Of a DNA stretch of 64,000 nt, positions 10,341 to 21,096 are shown one piece after another; positions within the stretch are counted from its first letter, which is position 1; each line of letters opens with the position of its first letter. The notes under the pieces were generated by a model. That model had not been told where the DNA came from and ran no database searches. It saw only the letters and a program-made list of their open reading frames with translations. The DNA comes from an uncultured Verrucomicrobiae bacterium. Lineage in GTDB: Bacteria; Verrucomicrobiota; Verrucomicrobiia; Palsa-1439. The translations under genes were made by a program, and so were the position numbers. The stretch spans positions 1 to 64,000 of the forward strand of contig CAWEWF010000014.1 of the NCBI GenBank assembly GCA_963812605.1, given 5' to 3'.

Positions 10341-13300
10341 ATGTCGCGCGCGCCCCAGAAAAAGCCATCGGCAAAAGCCGCACCTGCGCGGCGTTCCCTG
10401 GCGACAACGGCCAAACTGCTTCGCAAGCTGATCGGCAAAACCCCGTCCGCCAGGCCGGCCGCCCACAAGCTTTTGCGCGATCGCGGTTTTCGCGATGTCG
10501 CGCGGGTGCTCGCCGCCATCGGGAGGTTGTACGAGGACGAACTGCAACGTCGCAACCTGGCGGCGATTTTCACCCACCTGATCCGCGCCTGCGAGAAATC
10601 GGCCGATCCCGATCGGGCGCTGGTGAATTTCGAGCGGCTCGTGGCCGCGCTGCCGAACCCGAACATCTTCTACCACTACCTGCACGAGTCGCCCGACCGG
10701 CTGGTTTTGCTGGTAAAAATCTTCGCGCACTCGCAGGCCCTCGCCGATACCCTGACCCGCAACGCCGGGCACTTCCACTTCCTCATCGCGCCGCAGACGT
10801 TGGAGAAACCACGCGAGAAAGCGTGGCTCGCGGCCGAATTGCAGCGGCTGTTGTTGTCGATTCGCGTGCCCGCACAACAATACGACGCGATCCGCCGTTT
10901 CCGTCGCCGTGAAACACTGCGGATTGGCGTGCGCGACCTGATCGGCGAAGCCACGGTGGAAGAGACCACGCTGGAGCTGTCGAACCTGGCGGACGTATGC
11001 CTGCAGTCGGTATTTGAGATCGCGCTGGGCTCGCTACGCGCGCAGTACAAATTGAAGTCCGTCGCGGCGTTGGACACGGGCCGCTTTTCCATCATCGGCA
11101 TGGGGAAACTCGGCGGACAGGAGCTCAACTACTCCAGTGACGTTGACGTGATTTTCGTGTACGGCGAGGAAGGGACCCTCACGCCGACGCTGACGAACCA
11201 CCAATTCTTCACCAAGCTGGCCGAGGAAATCATTCGCGCCGTCGCTGCGTCGAGCGCCGAGGGAAATATCTTCCGCATCGACCTGCGGTTGCGGCCCGAG
11301 GGCAAATCCGGCCCGTTGGTGCGGTCGCTGGATAGCTGCGAGAATTATTACGCGGAGTTCGGCGAAACCTGGGAGCGCATGGCATTGATCAAGGCGCGGC
11401 CCGTGGCCGGTGACGAAAACGTTGGCGGGGAGTTTATCGCGATGGTGCAGCCGTTCGTCTACGCGCGGCACGCGGGCGAAAACGTGATCCAGCAGATGGC
11501 CGCCTTGAAAAAGCGCATTGAGGAGGAAGTCGTGCGCGAAGGACACCTCACCCGGCACGTGAAACTCGGCATTGGCGGCATCCGCGAGATTGAATTCATC
11601 GTGCAGGCGTTTCAGGTGCTGCGTGGGGCGCGACTGGCGCAATTACGTGACCGCAACACGCTGCGAGCCCTTGCCGCGCTGGTGAAAACCAAAACGCTAA
11701 CGGCGACGGAAGCCGCGATGCTGGCGGATGCCTACCGGTTTCTGCGCAGCGTCGAACACCGATTGCAGATGGAGATGGAGCTGCAAACGCATACGATTCC
11801 CGACGAAGAGCACGCACTCTACCGGCTCGCGCGCAGTTTGGGATTCGGCACGGTAACGGAGTTTTCATCCGCGCAGGAGGCGCAGACGGCGGCGGTGCGG
11901 AAAATTTACGCGTCCGTGCTCGCTGACGCCGGGGTCAGCGGCGTCACGAAAACGGCGGAAACGTTATTGGCGCCGGACAAATTGCCCAAGGTGCTGACGG
12001 ACGCGGGGTTTGCGGACGTGCCGGTGGCGATGAAAGTGGTGGAGAATCTATGGCATGGACCGGGATTCGGTCACGTGTCGCAGCGAACGAAAGACTTGTT
12101 TATCACTTTGTTCCCGACGCTCGTGAGTTGGTCCGCGCAGGTGGCGGATCCCGATGCGGCGCTGGCGCGGTTCGACAAATTCGTGAGCGCGTACGGGTCG
12201 CGCGGTTTGTTATACGAGACGTTCGCGAGCCACCCGAAGCTGGTGGAGATGCTGATGAAACTGGGGGATGCGAGCCGCTATTTGAGCGAAGCGCTGGCCC
12301 GCCAGCCGGAATTGCTCGACGAGATCAGCGGCGGCGCCCTCAGCGATCCGAAAAGTCTTGATCGCTTGTACGGGGAGCTGTGCGCGATACCCGAGGAAGA
12401 GGATTCCGATCCAATGCTGGTGGCGCGGCGCTGGAGGCAATCGGAAATGGTGCGCATTGGAATCGAGGACGTGATGGGTTTGGTGGACCTCGAGCAAATG
12501 CATCTCGAGATGACGGCGCTGGCGGAGGCCTGCCTGCGCTTTGCCGTGCAGCACACCCAGAAGGAACTCGGCCTGAAACGGCTTCCGTTCCTCGTGATCG
12601 GCATGGGCAAATTCGGCGGTCGGGAACTCGGTTACGGCGCGGACCTTGACGTGCTGTTCGTGGGCGGGACGGGCGCGAACGACCAGGCCCAGGCGATCAA
12701 GCTGGCGTCGAGCGTGATCGATTTCATGAGCCGGCCGACCAGCGCCGGCGCATTGTTTGCGGTGGATTCACGGCTGCGGCCCGATGGCGCAAAGGGAACA
12801 TTGGCGAGTTCATTGGGCACGCATCGCGATTACTACGCCAAGCGCGCGCAGCTTTGGGAGCGACAGGCGCTCACCAAGGCGCGCTTCGTTGCCGGTGACC
12901 CAAAACTAGGCCAGGATTTTATGCGGATGGTGCACGAGATTGTGTATGGTCGCGCGGCAACGGACGAGGAATTGACGGAGATCCGCCAGATGCGTCGCCG
13001 TATCGAGACTGAACGCGGTGATCAGCAGCATCCCGACCTTGAATTCAAGACCGGCCCCGGCGGCTTGGTGGACGTGGAGTTTCTGGTGCAAGCCCTGCAG
13101 CTTCGCCACGGTCATGCCCACCCGCAACTGCGCACGGCCCACACACTGGCTGTCTTGAACCGCCTCACCGCGCTCGGTCTCATTGAAGAAGACCAAAGCG
13201 CCCCGCTCCGAAAGAATTATCTCTTCCTGCGCCGGATCGAGTCCGTCCTGCGTCGGGTCGAGAACACCAGCATTTCCAAAATTCCCCTGGACGAGCGCGA

Positions 13301-13418
13301 ACAGCAGGGTCTGGCCAAACGCCTCGGTTTTGCCACAGCCGCTGAGTTCCTGAAAACCTACCGGCATACCACCCGTAAAACCCGCGAAATCTATGAGCGG
13401 CTTTCACCTGGCAGTTGA
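10341..13418 (+). CDS. glnE: Glutamine synthetase adenylyltransferase / adenylyl-removing enzyme
   Basis: Two nucleotidyltransferase domains: GMGKLGGQELNYSSDVD / IDLRLRPEG and GMGKFGGRELGYGADLD / DSRLRPDG. Confidence 0.93.
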   Translation: MSRAPQKKPSAKAAPARRSLATTAKLLRKLIGKTPSARPAAHKLLRDRGFRDVARVLAAIGRLYEDELQRRNLAAIFTHLIRACEKSADPDRALVNFERLVAALPNPNIFYHYLHESPDRLVLLVKIFAHSQALADTLTRNAGHFHFLIAPQTLEKPREKAWLAAELQRLLLSIRVPAQQYDAIRRFRRRETLRIGVRDLIGEATVEETTLELSNLADVCLQSVFEIALGSLRAQYKLKSVAALDTGRFSIIGMGKLGGQELNYSSDVDVIFVYGEEGTLTPTLTNHQFFTKLAEEIIRAVAASSAEGNIFRIDLRLRPEGKSGPLVRSLDSCENYYAEFGETWERMALIKARPVAGDENVGGEFIAMVQPFVYARHAGENVIQQMAALKKRIEEEVVREGHLTRHVKLGIGGIREIEFIVQAFQVLRGARLAQLRDRNTLRALAALVKTKTLTATEAAMLADAYRFLRSVEHRLQMEMELQTHTIPDEEHALYRLARSLGFGTVTEFSSAQEAQTAAVRKIYASVLADAGVSGVTKTAETLLAPDKLPKVLTDAGFADVPVAMKVVENLWHGPGFGHVSQRTKDLFITLFPTLVSWSAQVADPDAALARFDKFVSAYGSRGLLYETFASHPKLVEMLMKLGDASRYLSEALARQPELLDEISGGALSDPKSLDRLYGELCAIPEEEDSDPMLVARRWRQSEMVRIGIEDVMGLVDLEQMHLEMTALAEACLRFAVQHTQKELGLKRLPFLVIGMGKFGGRELGYGADLDVLFVGGTGANDQAQAIKLASSVIDFMSRPTSAGALFAVDSRLRPDGAKGTLASSLGTHRDYYAKRAQLWERQALTKARFVAGDPKLGQDFMRMVHEIVYGRAATDEELTEIRQMRRRIETERGDQQHPDLEFKTGPGGLVDVEFLVQALQLRHGHAHPQLRTAHTLAVLNRLTALGLIEEDQSAPLRKNYLFLRRIESVLRRVENTSISKIPLDEREQQGLAKRLGFATAAEFLKTYRHTTRKTREIYERLSPGS

Positions 13419-13427
13419 CCGCGATAG

Positions 13428-13605
13428 CTATGGCAGTACGTCGACGCGGTAAAAGCGCTTGGAGAGGGTGGCAGCGCCGGGGTCGGTGATGGCGATGGGA
13501 CTGCCAGTGCCGACGATCTGGTCAACGAGCAGCGTCCACGTGGCGAGGGTCATGTCGTCCTTCTTTTCGACGCGGTAAATTTTGCCGGTGACGTTCCCGC
13601 AACAA
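13428..13605 (-). pseudogene. Orphan C-terminal domain remnant of a secreted protein
   Basis: NVTGKIYRVEKKDDMTLATW...ITDPGAATLSKRFYRVDVLP-stop; no start or signal peptide; begins right after the neighbour's stop codon. Confidence 0.55.
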
Positions 13606-14157
13606 TTACGGCGACGAGTCGCGTTCCAACTGAAGGAGCCTTGGCCCGACGAGGTCGCCAATGTATGTGCCCGTCCAGAAGATAACGAAAACGAAACCGA
13701 CAATCGCGACCAGCACGGCGATAAAGGCGCGGAAATGTTGCTTTTCGAGGCGTTCGAGTGATGGCGTATAGGCAATGAGCCCAATCACTGCCGCCACGAC
13801 AATGACGGCGTCAACACTGGCCCGCTGCCAATAGCTGCCGCCCAGATGCAGCCACATCCCAAACTCATCGAACGTCAGTCCCATGGCCAGCCCGTAAAGC
13901 AAGGCGGTGATTTCGGCCTCGCGCCCGTCCGGCCGCGCGAAGATGGAATAACCAGCGACGGCGGAGAGCAGGAAGATGCCGTAGTTGAGATGGTGGACAT
14001 GCGTGCCATGCAGGAAAAAGTAGAAATTGGGCATTCGGCCCGACATGATCAGGAACACACAGGTTCGTGAAATGATGAACGTCAGGATGAACCCAAACAA
14101 CGCGCGCCGCGCCAGTCGATCAAACGTCTCCTGGGGATGCGTGGATTTGAAGAACAT
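13606..14157 (-). CDS. Conserved-looking integral membrane protein
   Basis: Several TM segments; HVHHLNYGIFLL and LTFDEFGMWLHL motifs. Confidence 0.7.
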   Translation of the reverse strand: MFFKSTHPQETFDRLARRALFGFILTFIISRTCVFLIMSGRMPNFYFFLHGTHVHHLNYGIFLLSAVAGYSIFARPDGREAEITALLYGLAMGLTFDEFGMWLHLGGSYWQRASVDAVIVVAAVIGLIAYTPSLERLEKQHFRAFIAVLVAIVGFVFVIFWTGTYIGDLVGPRLLQLERDSSP

Positions 14158-14174
14158 GATGATTGAAAGAAGTT

Positions 14175-14603
14175 CTAGTGCACTGAAATTGTCACTCCGC
14201 TCTTCGCGAGTTGCACCAAGCAACCAATGGCTATTCCGCCAAGAAACTCTGGCGCATGCTGTGCCGCACCTTGGATGTCATATAACAGATTCTTAGCGTG
14301 TGTCGAGAGTCCCGTCTCTTTCCGAATGATGGCACCCTGCAAATCCAGTTCGCTTCGGATGAGCTTCTGGAGCAATGGCACTGCCTTCGCGTATTCTTGA
14401 GAGGGAATTGATCTGTTTTCGCGGGATATTTTCAGTGCTTGAACACGGTCGCGGTAGAGGGTCACGCGAGACTGGCTTTCTTCAAGGGCCGCAATTTCCC
14501 AGTCTGACATTTCATCCTTGGTCTTAATGGATGCACAACCTGTCAGACTCATTGCAGCCAGACACAAGACCGGTAAAGCAAATAAAGCCCTCATTCTTCG
14601 CAT
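14175..14603 (-). CDS. Putative lipoprotein
   Basis: MRRMRALFALPVLCLAAMSLTG-C lipobox-like signal; lower GC. Confidence 0.55.
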   Translation of the reverse strand: MRRMRALFALPVLCLAAMSLTGCASIKTKDEMSDWEIAALEESQSRVTLYRDRVQALKISRENRSIPSQEYAKAVPLLQKLIRSELDLQGAIIRKETGLSTHAKNLLYDIQGAAQHAPEFLGGIAIGCLVQLAKSGVTISVH

Positions 14604-14725
14604 GGGGTTCAAGAGGCATTCTACACTGACGGTCAATGCACGCCAAAACTAAAAATGTCCACCTTCGGTTGGTAACCTCGTGATTGACGCGGGCGGGGGA
14701 TTCGTGTTAACCGCTTGGCGAAGCC

Positions 14726-16030
14726 ATGCTGATCAGGAACGCCACGCTGCTTTTACTTGCGGATTCGACGGTCGAGCGCGCTGATTTGCGCATCGAACAG
14801 GGCGTCATCACCGCCAAGGGTAAGAAACTCAACGCCGCGGCGGGTGAGAAGACGCTTGATCTCTCGGGCAAGTACGTCATGCCGGGGATGGTTTGCGGGC
14901 ACACTCATCTTTATTCGGCGCTCGCGCGCGGGGTGCCCGCGCCAAGGAAAGCTCCGCGCAATTTCTACGAAATCCTCAAGTATGTCTGGTGGACACTGGA
15001 TCGCGCGCTTGACGACGAAGCGGTCTATTACAGTGCCCTTGTTGGCGTGCTCGATGCGGTGCGTTGCGGGACGACCACGCTGATCGATCATCACGCCTCG
15101 CCGAATTTCATTCGCGGATCGCTCGGCACAATGGCGGAGGCATTCGAGAAAGTCGGTTTGCGGGGAGTATTGTGCTACGAGGTGACCGACCGTAACGGAA
15201 TCCGCGGCGCGAAGTTGGGACTGGAAGAAAATGAGACCTGGGTCAAGAAGAACCGCGGGCCGATGTTCAGCGGGCTCATCGGCGCGCACGCGTCGTTCAC
15301 GCTTTCCAGCAAATCGCTCTGGGCGTGCGCGGAATTAGCGGAGAGCTTGAAGTCGGGCGTTCACATCCACGTGGCGGAAGATCCCTGCGACCAGGCGGAC
15401 TGCACCCGAAAATATCGAATGCCATTGATCGATCGATTGGCTGAGGCTGGTGTGTTGGGACCGAAGACAATTCTCGGGCACGGCACGCATTTGGACAAGG
15501 TTTCGCTCGGCGTGGCGAAGGATGCAGGTTGTTGGTTCGCACATAATCCCCGCTCGAACATGAACAACGGTGTCGGCTATGCGCCCGTGCAGCAGATGGG
15601 CAGGCGCGTGGCGCTTGGCACGGACGGCATTGGCGCGGATATGTTTGAGGAAGTGAAATTCGCGTGGTTCAAGGCCCGCGACGCGCGGAACGGACTTGGC
15701 AGCGGCGATGTGGTCGGATTCCTTACGGGAGCGCAGAGTTTGGCGTCAGTGCTTCTCGATACGCAGTTGGGGGTGCTCGACGTGGGTTACGCGGCAGACT
15801 TAATGGTGTTGGATTATCCGACGCCCACGCCGGTCACGCCGCAGAATCTCCACGGTCATCTCCTCTTCGGCCTGTCCTCGCAATTCGTGACCGACGTGAT
15901 GGTGAATGGACGCTGGATCGTGAAGAATCGCCGCGTTATTGGCGTGGATGAGGAGAAGATTCGGGCCGAAGCGCAACGCGTGGCCCGGAAAGTATGGCGG
16001 AGATTCGAGCAGTTGCCGCCGAAGGGGTGA
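14726..16030 (+). CDS. SsnA-like metal-dependent amidohydrolase
   Basis: CGHTHLYSALARG, DHHASP, HASFT, HIHVAE, HNPRSNMNN, LGTDG. Confidence 0.85.
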   Translation: MLIRNATLLLLADSTVERADLRIEQGVITAKGKKLNAAAGEKTLDLSGKYVMPGMVCGHTHLYSALARGVPAPRKAPRNFYEILKYVWWTLDRALDDEAVYYSALVGVLDAVRCGTTTLIDHHASPNFIRGSLGTMAEAFEKVGLRGVLCYEVTDRNGIRGAKLGLEENETWVKKNRGPMFSGLIGAHASFTLSSKSLWACAELAESLKSGVHIHVAEDPCDQADCTRKYRMPLIDRLAEAGVLGPKTILGHGTHLDKVSLGVAKDAGCWFAHNPRSNMNNGVGYAPVQQMGRRVALGTDGIGADMFEEVKFAWFKARDARNGLGSGDVVGFLTGAQSLASVLLDTQLGVLDVGYAADLMVLDYPTPTPVTPQNLHGHLLFGLSSQFVTDVMVNGRWIVKNRRVIGVDEEKIRAEAQRVARKVWRRFEQLPPKG

Positions 16031-16531
16031 TCAGGTTTTTGCCGCGATCTTCGCGTCGATCTCACGGATCATCGCCGTGTTCTCGTCGATAACTTTGTAT
16101 TCCACCCAGAACGAGTACAGGTTGAAGAGGACCACGAAATACGAAAACCACGCGTGCGTCATCCCTTTGAGCATCCCGACGTCCTTGGCGCCGCCCAGCC
16201 AGGCGGCGGCGATGATCAGGAGGCAGGAGAGCGTGGCCAGGCCCGAGGTGCGGCCCTTGAATTTTTTGGTGCGACGGACATAACCGGTCCGGGGATCATC
16301 CGGCAAATCGTACGTCTCGACCGCTTCCTTGATGCCTTTTCCCGACCCCATGAAATGCATCATCACGACGCAATGAGTCAGGAGCGTGTAAATCGCCGTG
16401 AGCACACCCAGCGCCTCATGTTGCCAATGCGCGGTACGGTGCGTGACGCCCAGCCAAATGGTCACGCCGAACAGGACGATATTCCAGAAGACGAGCCCGA
16501 TAAAAATTTTGCCCATTTGCAGCATAATCAA
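16031..16531 (-). CDS. Hypothetical 4-TM membrane protein
   Basis: Hydrophobic helices with His residues; directly downstream of the AKR gene. Confidence 0.6.
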   Translation of the reverse strand: MIMLQMGKIFIGLVFWNIVLFGVTIWLGVTHRTAHWQHEALGVLTAIYTLLTHCVVMMHFMGSGKGIKEAVETYDLPDDPRTGYVRRTKKFKGRTSGLATLSCLLIIAAAWLGGAKDVGMLKGMTHAWFSYFVVLFNLYSFWVEYKVIDENTAMIREIDAKIAAKT

Positions 16532-17506
16532 TCAAGGGGCGGATTGCGCCAGTACCTGGCGGATGATCGTGAGTTCGTCCCGGGTCAACGGTGGCAGGAT
16601 GCTGGCGGCGACGTTGCGCTCCAATTGACTGCGGTTTTTCGTGCCGGGGATGGTGGTCGAGACCGCCACGTGCGTCAGGACAAATTTTACCGCCAATTCC
16701 GCCATGGTGAAACCGTATTTGTGGGCGATGGGCTTCAGGCGCTCGACGGTGTCGATATCGCGCTCAAAACTTTGGCGATTGTCGTCTTCGAGCCACTTGT
16801 TGCGGATGTCATCGGCGTCGAACTTCTGGTCCTTGGTGAACCGGCCCGATAATTTCCCCATGGCCAGCGGCCCGCGCGCGATGAACGCGATGCCGCGCTC
16901 GCGACAATAGGGAAGGATGTCCTGTTCGACGTGGCGGTCGAGCAGATTGTAGTTCGACTGCACCGAGACGAGATGTTTTCGTTCGTCAAAACGCTGGATC
17001 ATGTCGAAGTCGTTGGTCGAGACGCCGTAAAAACGAATCTTGCCCTGCTTCTGCAAGGTCTCGAACGCGTCGAGGAATTCCGTCCAGCGCTCGGTGCGCC
17101 ACAGGTGACATTGATAGAGATCGATATGGTCCGTTTGCAATCGGCGCAGGCTCGCGTCGCCGGCGCGCAGGATGTCGTCCTTCGATTCGTTGCGCGTGCG
17201 GCGCTCCTGGTCGTCGTGCCAGAAGCCGACCTTTGTGGCGATGTAGTGGCGGTCGCGATGGCCAAGTTCCTTCAGCGTGCGACCGAGGACTTCCTCGCTG
17301 TGGCCCCAACCGTACATATCGGCAGTATCGAAGAAATTGATGCCGAGTTCGACCGCGCGTTTGATCGTGGCGGACGATTCCTCGTCCGTGATACCCGACC
17401 AGCCGTCGGGTTTGCCGTCGAGCATGATCGCGCCGCCAAACTGCCAGCAACCCAGCCCCACCTGGCTGACCCGCCACCCTGTTTTTCCAAAAACGCGGTT
17501 TACCAT
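16532..17506 (-). CDS. Aldo/keto reductase
   Basis: MVNRVFGKTGWRVSQVGLGCW, FFDTADMYG, IATKVG, SLRRLQTDHIDLYQCH; start at ATG 17506. Confidence 0.92.
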   Translation of the reverse strand: MVNRVFGKTGWRVSQVGLGCWQFGGAIMLDGKPDGWSGITDEESSATIKRAVELGINFFDTADMYGWGHSEEVLGRTLKELGHRDRHYIATKVGFWHDDQERRTRNESKDDILRAGDASLRRLQTDHIDLYQCHLWRTERWTEFLDAFETLQKQGKIRFYGVSTNDFDMIQRFDERKHLVSVQSNYNLLDRHVEQDILPYCRERGIAFIARGPLAMGKLSGRFTKDQKFDADDIRNKWLEDDNRQSFERDIDTVERLKPIAHKYGFTMAELAVKFVLTHVAVSTTIPGTKNRSQLERNVAASILPPLTRDELTIIRQVLAQSAP

Positions 17507-17617
17507 CGCCGTTCTGGAGTACCCGATTTGCCCGCGGTTGGCAAGAGCGGCCGGCATTGACTTGCGCGGGGGCTTGTGGAGGCTGCGCGGGGGTGGTAAA
17601 ATACGTTGTAAATCCTG

Positions 17618-19414
17618 ATGCAAAATCGTCTTCTGAAATTCTTCGGCTCGCTCAAGCTGGCGGTGGTCGTGCTGTCGTTGCTGGCGGTCGGCATGGCTAC
17701 GGGTACGTTCCTCGAATCGCGCGAAAGTTCGCGCGTGGCGGCGCAGGTCGTCTATCGCAGTTGGTGGTTCAACGGGCTGCTGGCGCTGCTGGCCGTCAAC
17801 ATCGGTGCGGCGGCGCTCACGCGCTGGCCCTGGAAGCGCAAGCACGTCGGGTTCGTCATCACCCACGCGGGCCTGATCATCCTGCTGGGCGGATGCAGCG
17901 CGGCCTTTCATTACGGCACGGAAGGCATGCTGGAACTGCATGAAGGCGAACCGCCGGCCAATGTGGTGCGGGTGGAAGACGAGGCGTTGACCGTCATCGT
18001 GCCCGAAACCGGCGCGCGGACGAAGGTGCCGCTGCGCATCAAGCCGAATGGTGTGATCAAGCCGAACGTAATTCAGCCCTCGAAAGACCTGCAACTGACG
18101 TTGGACGCATCGCTGGCCAACACGCGGGTCCTGGAACTCGTCGAAGGAGGCGGCAACGAACCAAATCCCGCGCTGCAATTCCGCTTGAAAAGCGAGATGG
18201 TCGGGCAGGACGTGACGGATTGGCTCCTCGCCGCCACGCCGGAACGCAGCCACGCAAGCATTGGGCCCGCGCAGATCGATTTTGTCATGGCCCATGATGC
18301 CGAGGAACTCCAGCGGTTGACCGCCGCGCCCGAGCCCGCAAAAAAGGCCGAACCGGAATTGCAGATTACCATTGATGGAAAACCCTTCACGGTGCCGCTC
18401 GCGGGGAACATTGACAAACCTGTCGACCTTGGGGACTCGGGTGTAAGCGCGCGCATCGGCGGTTACTGGCCCGACTTTCGGCTGGACGAAAATCATAAAC
18501 CGTCGACCGCTTCGGACGAGCCGAACAATCCCGCCGCCGTGGTGGTTCTCAGTCGCGGCGAGAATGAGGAGCGACAGTTTGTCTTCGCGTCGCCACAGAT
18601 GGAACCGATAATCCGTACCATACGCGGCACGGCGCTTGGCGCGCAGGTACAATTGACGCTCGGCAACGCGTCGCCGAAGCGCAGCGGCGTGATGACGGTG
18701 GTGCTCGCGCCCGATGGGACGCTGCACTATGCCGTCGCGGCGAAGACGGGCTTCAAATCGGGCGAGATGAAAGTGGGCGAGCCGGTGGCGACCGGCTGGA
18801 TGGATTTTCAGTTTACACCCGTGAAATATGTCGCCAAAGCGGTCGTCTCCGAACGTGTCGAGCCATTGCCAGTGGTCGATCCCGATGCCAGTTCGCCCGC
18901 CTTGAAAGCGACGGCGCATGTCGGCGCCCAGGAGCAATCGGGGTGGGTACGCTTTGGCGAGCCCATCGCGTTGGATGTCGCGGGGAAAACCGTTCATATA
19001 CTATTCGGTTGGGACTCGATGCCGCTGCCGTTCACAGTCGAACTGGAGGATTTCGAAGTGGAGCGCGATGAAGGCACCATGAACGTTGCCGGCTGGACCA
19101 GCAAAGTCATTTTTCGCGACGACGTGCGCGGGCTGACGCAACGCGCTTCGATTTCGATGAACCACCCCGCCTGGTTCAACGGTTTCAAGTTTTCACAGGC
19201 GTCGTGGAACCCGAACGACCTGAAATATACGGTGCTGCAAGTGAAGAAGGACCCGACGTATGTCACCTATCTCACGTGGGCGGGCGCGGTATTGATTGTC
19301 AGCGGCATCGCCCTGATGTTCTGGGGACGCGGGTGGTTGCAGAAAAAAACCAAGGATGAAGGCCCAACGATGAAGGACAAGAAACGGAAGAAAGCCGAGA
19401 TGGTGACAGCGTGA
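17618..19414 (+). CDS. Cytochrome c biogenesis protein ResB/CcsB-like (system II)
   Basis: GSLKLAV, VYRSWWF, GFVITHAG, ISMNHP, FSQAS, VKKDP, C-terminal TM. Confidence 0.85.
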   Translation: MQNRLLKFFGSLKLAVVVLSLLAVGMATGTFLESRESSRVAAQVVYRSWWFNGLLALLAVNIGAAALTRWPWKRKHVGFVITHAGLIILLGGCSAAFHYGTEGMLELHEGEPPANVVRVEDEALTVIVPETGARTKVPLRIKPNGVIKPNVIQPSKDLQLTLDASLANTRVLELVEGGGNEPNPALQFRLKSEMVGQDVTDWLLAATPERSHASIGPAQIDFVMAHDAEELQRLTAAPEPAKKAEPELQITIDGKPFTVPLAGNIDKPVDLGDSGVSARIGGYWPDFRLDENHKPSTASDEPNNPAAVVVLSRGENEERQFVFASPQMEPIIRTIRGTALGAQVQLTLGNASPKRSGVMTVVLAPDGTLHYAVAAKTGFKSGEMKVGEPVATGWMDFQFTPVKYVAKAVVSERVEPLPVVDPDASSPALKATAHVGAQEQSGWVRFGEPIALDVAGKTVHILFGWDSMPLPFTVELEDFEVERDEGTMNVAGWTSKVIFRDDVRGLTQRASISMNHPAWFNGFKFSQASWNPNDLKYTVLQVKKDPTYVTYLTWAGAVLIVSGIALMFWGRGWLQKKTKDEGPTMKDKKRKKAEMVTA

Positions 19415-21096
19415 GGAAATTGACGACAATTTTGGTGATGTTCGCGCTGGCGACAGCGGCATTCGCCGACGACCTGGATTTCACCGCGCTGCGCTTCCTG
19501 GCAGTACAGAAGGACGGTCGCAAGAAGCCGCTCGATACGGTCGCGCTGGAGACGGTGGAGAAGTTGACGGGCAAAAAATCGTTCACGGACCCCGAGAGCG
19601 GGCGCATCATGGAACCGATGGATATGTTGCTGTCGATGTGGCTGCAAACGCGCGATTGGAGCAAGGTGCCGGTGATCCTCGTCAATTACCACCCGCTGAA
19701 GGACCAACTCGGCCTGCCGTCAGACCAGAAATACTTTACGTACAGCCAACTGGCGACGCCGAAATTTCAGCAGATGATCGACCGCATCGAACAGAAGGAA
19801 AGCGGCAAGCAAAAAACCGATCTCACGCACGACGAGCGCGAGGCCACGGTGGTGGAACAGCGGTTGCGGACGTTGAGCGACGCGGTCGGGACCGAGTCGC
19901 TGGCGGTCGTGCCGCACCCGCGCGAACCAAAAGGCGCCTGGGTGCCCGTGACACAGGCAGCCAAGTACTATGACGCGGACCAGGAAGCCAAACTTCAGGA
20001 CATCTTCAAATCGCTCGCCGCCGCCTACGTTCAGCGCGACCCCGGCGCCTTCGCCGCGATGTCGGGGCAACTGCGTTCATTTCTTGTGTCGCTGAGCCCG
20101 TCGGTTTACCCGGATTTCACGAGCCTCGAGCGTGAGGTGCATTACAATTCATTCCATCCTTTTCGCAAGGCGATGCTGTTCTACGCGGTCGCGTTTATGA
20201 TCATACTCGCGTCCTGGCGCGCGCGCAGTTCCGCTCCCTATTGGATCGGGTTCGCCGCGTTCGTCGCCGGGGTCATGGTACACGGTTATGCCTTCTACCT
20301 GCGCATGATGATCTCGGGACGCGCGCCCGTGACCAATATGTACGAGTCCGTCGTGTGGGTGAGTTTTGGCGCGGCCTTCTTCGCGATGATTCTCGAATCC
20401 ATCTATCGGCAGCGGTACTACATCGTGGGCGCGGTGCCCTTGTCGATCCTGCTGTTGCTGCTGGCCGACCAGTTTCCCGCGGTATTGGATCCCAGCCTCG
20501 GACCGCTGGTGCCGGTGTTGCGAAACAATTGGCTGATCTGGGTGCACGTGCCCACGATCACGCTGGGCTACGCGGCATTCATGGTAGCGATGGGCGTGGG
20601 ACACATCGCGCTGGCCTATTACGTCTTCGCGCCGCAGGCGCGGCAGACGATTGCGAAATTGGAGAACCTGGTATACCGCGCGATGCAGATCGGCGTGCTG
20701 CTGCTGGCGGCGGGAACAATTCTCGGCGGCGTCTGGGCGCATTATGCGTGGGGACGATTCTGGGGTTGGGACCCGAAAGAGACCTGGGCGCTGATCGCCC
20801 TGGTGAGTTATTTGATTCCGTTGCATGGACGGCTTGCCGGCTGGTTGAGTAACTATGCATTGTCGGTTGCGAGCGTTGTCTGTTTCATGTCCGTGCTGAT
20901 GGCCTGGTATGGCGTAAATTTCGTCCTCGGCAAAGGGCTGCACAGTTATGGATTCGGCGTCGGCGGATTCACCTACGTGGCCGGCTACGTGGCCATCGAA
21001 CTGGCGCTGGTTGGGTTTGCGACGTGGCGAAGAAGCGTGGCAAACGCGGTGCGCCTCGCAAACCCGGTGGTGGCAGAAGCGGTGACAGGGAAATGA
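19411..21096 (+). CDS. ccsA: Cytochrome c biogenesis protein CcsA/ResC (system II)
   Basis: GRAPVTNMYES, WVHVP, WWD domain GGVWAHYAWGRFWGWDPKETW, GLHSYG. Confidence 0.92.
   Translation: MRKLTTILVMFALATAAFADDLDFTALRFLAVQKDGRKKPLDTVALETVEKLTGKKSFTDPESGRIMEPMDMLLSMWLQTRDWSKVPVILVNYHPLKDQLGLPSDQKYFTYSQLATPKFQQMIDRIEQKESGKQKTDLTHDEREATVVEQRLRTLSDAVGTESLAVVPHPREPKGAWVPVTQAAKYYDADQEAKLQDIFKSLAAAYVQRDPGAFAAMSGQLRSFLVSLSPSVYPDFTSLEREVHYNSFHPFRKAMLFYAVAFMIILASWRARSSAPYWIGFAAFVAGVMVHGYAFYLRMMISGRAPVTNMYESVVWVSFGAAFFAMILESIYRQRYYIVGAVPLSILLLLLADQFPAVLDPSLGPLVPVLRNNWLIWVHVPTITLGYAAFMVAMGVGHIALAYYVFAPQARQTIAKLENLVYRAMQIGVLLLAAGTILGGVWAHYAWGRFWGWDPKETWALIALVSYLIPLHGRLAGWLSNYALSVASVVCFMSVLMAWYGVNFVLGKGLHSYGFGVGGFTYVAGYVAIELALVGFATWRRSVANAVRLANPVVAEAVTGK

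Noticed and set aside
17507-18997. N-terminal ~500 aa of the 821-aa ORF 16532-18997
   Set aside because: Antisense to the resB-like gene; the AKR begins at ATG 17506.
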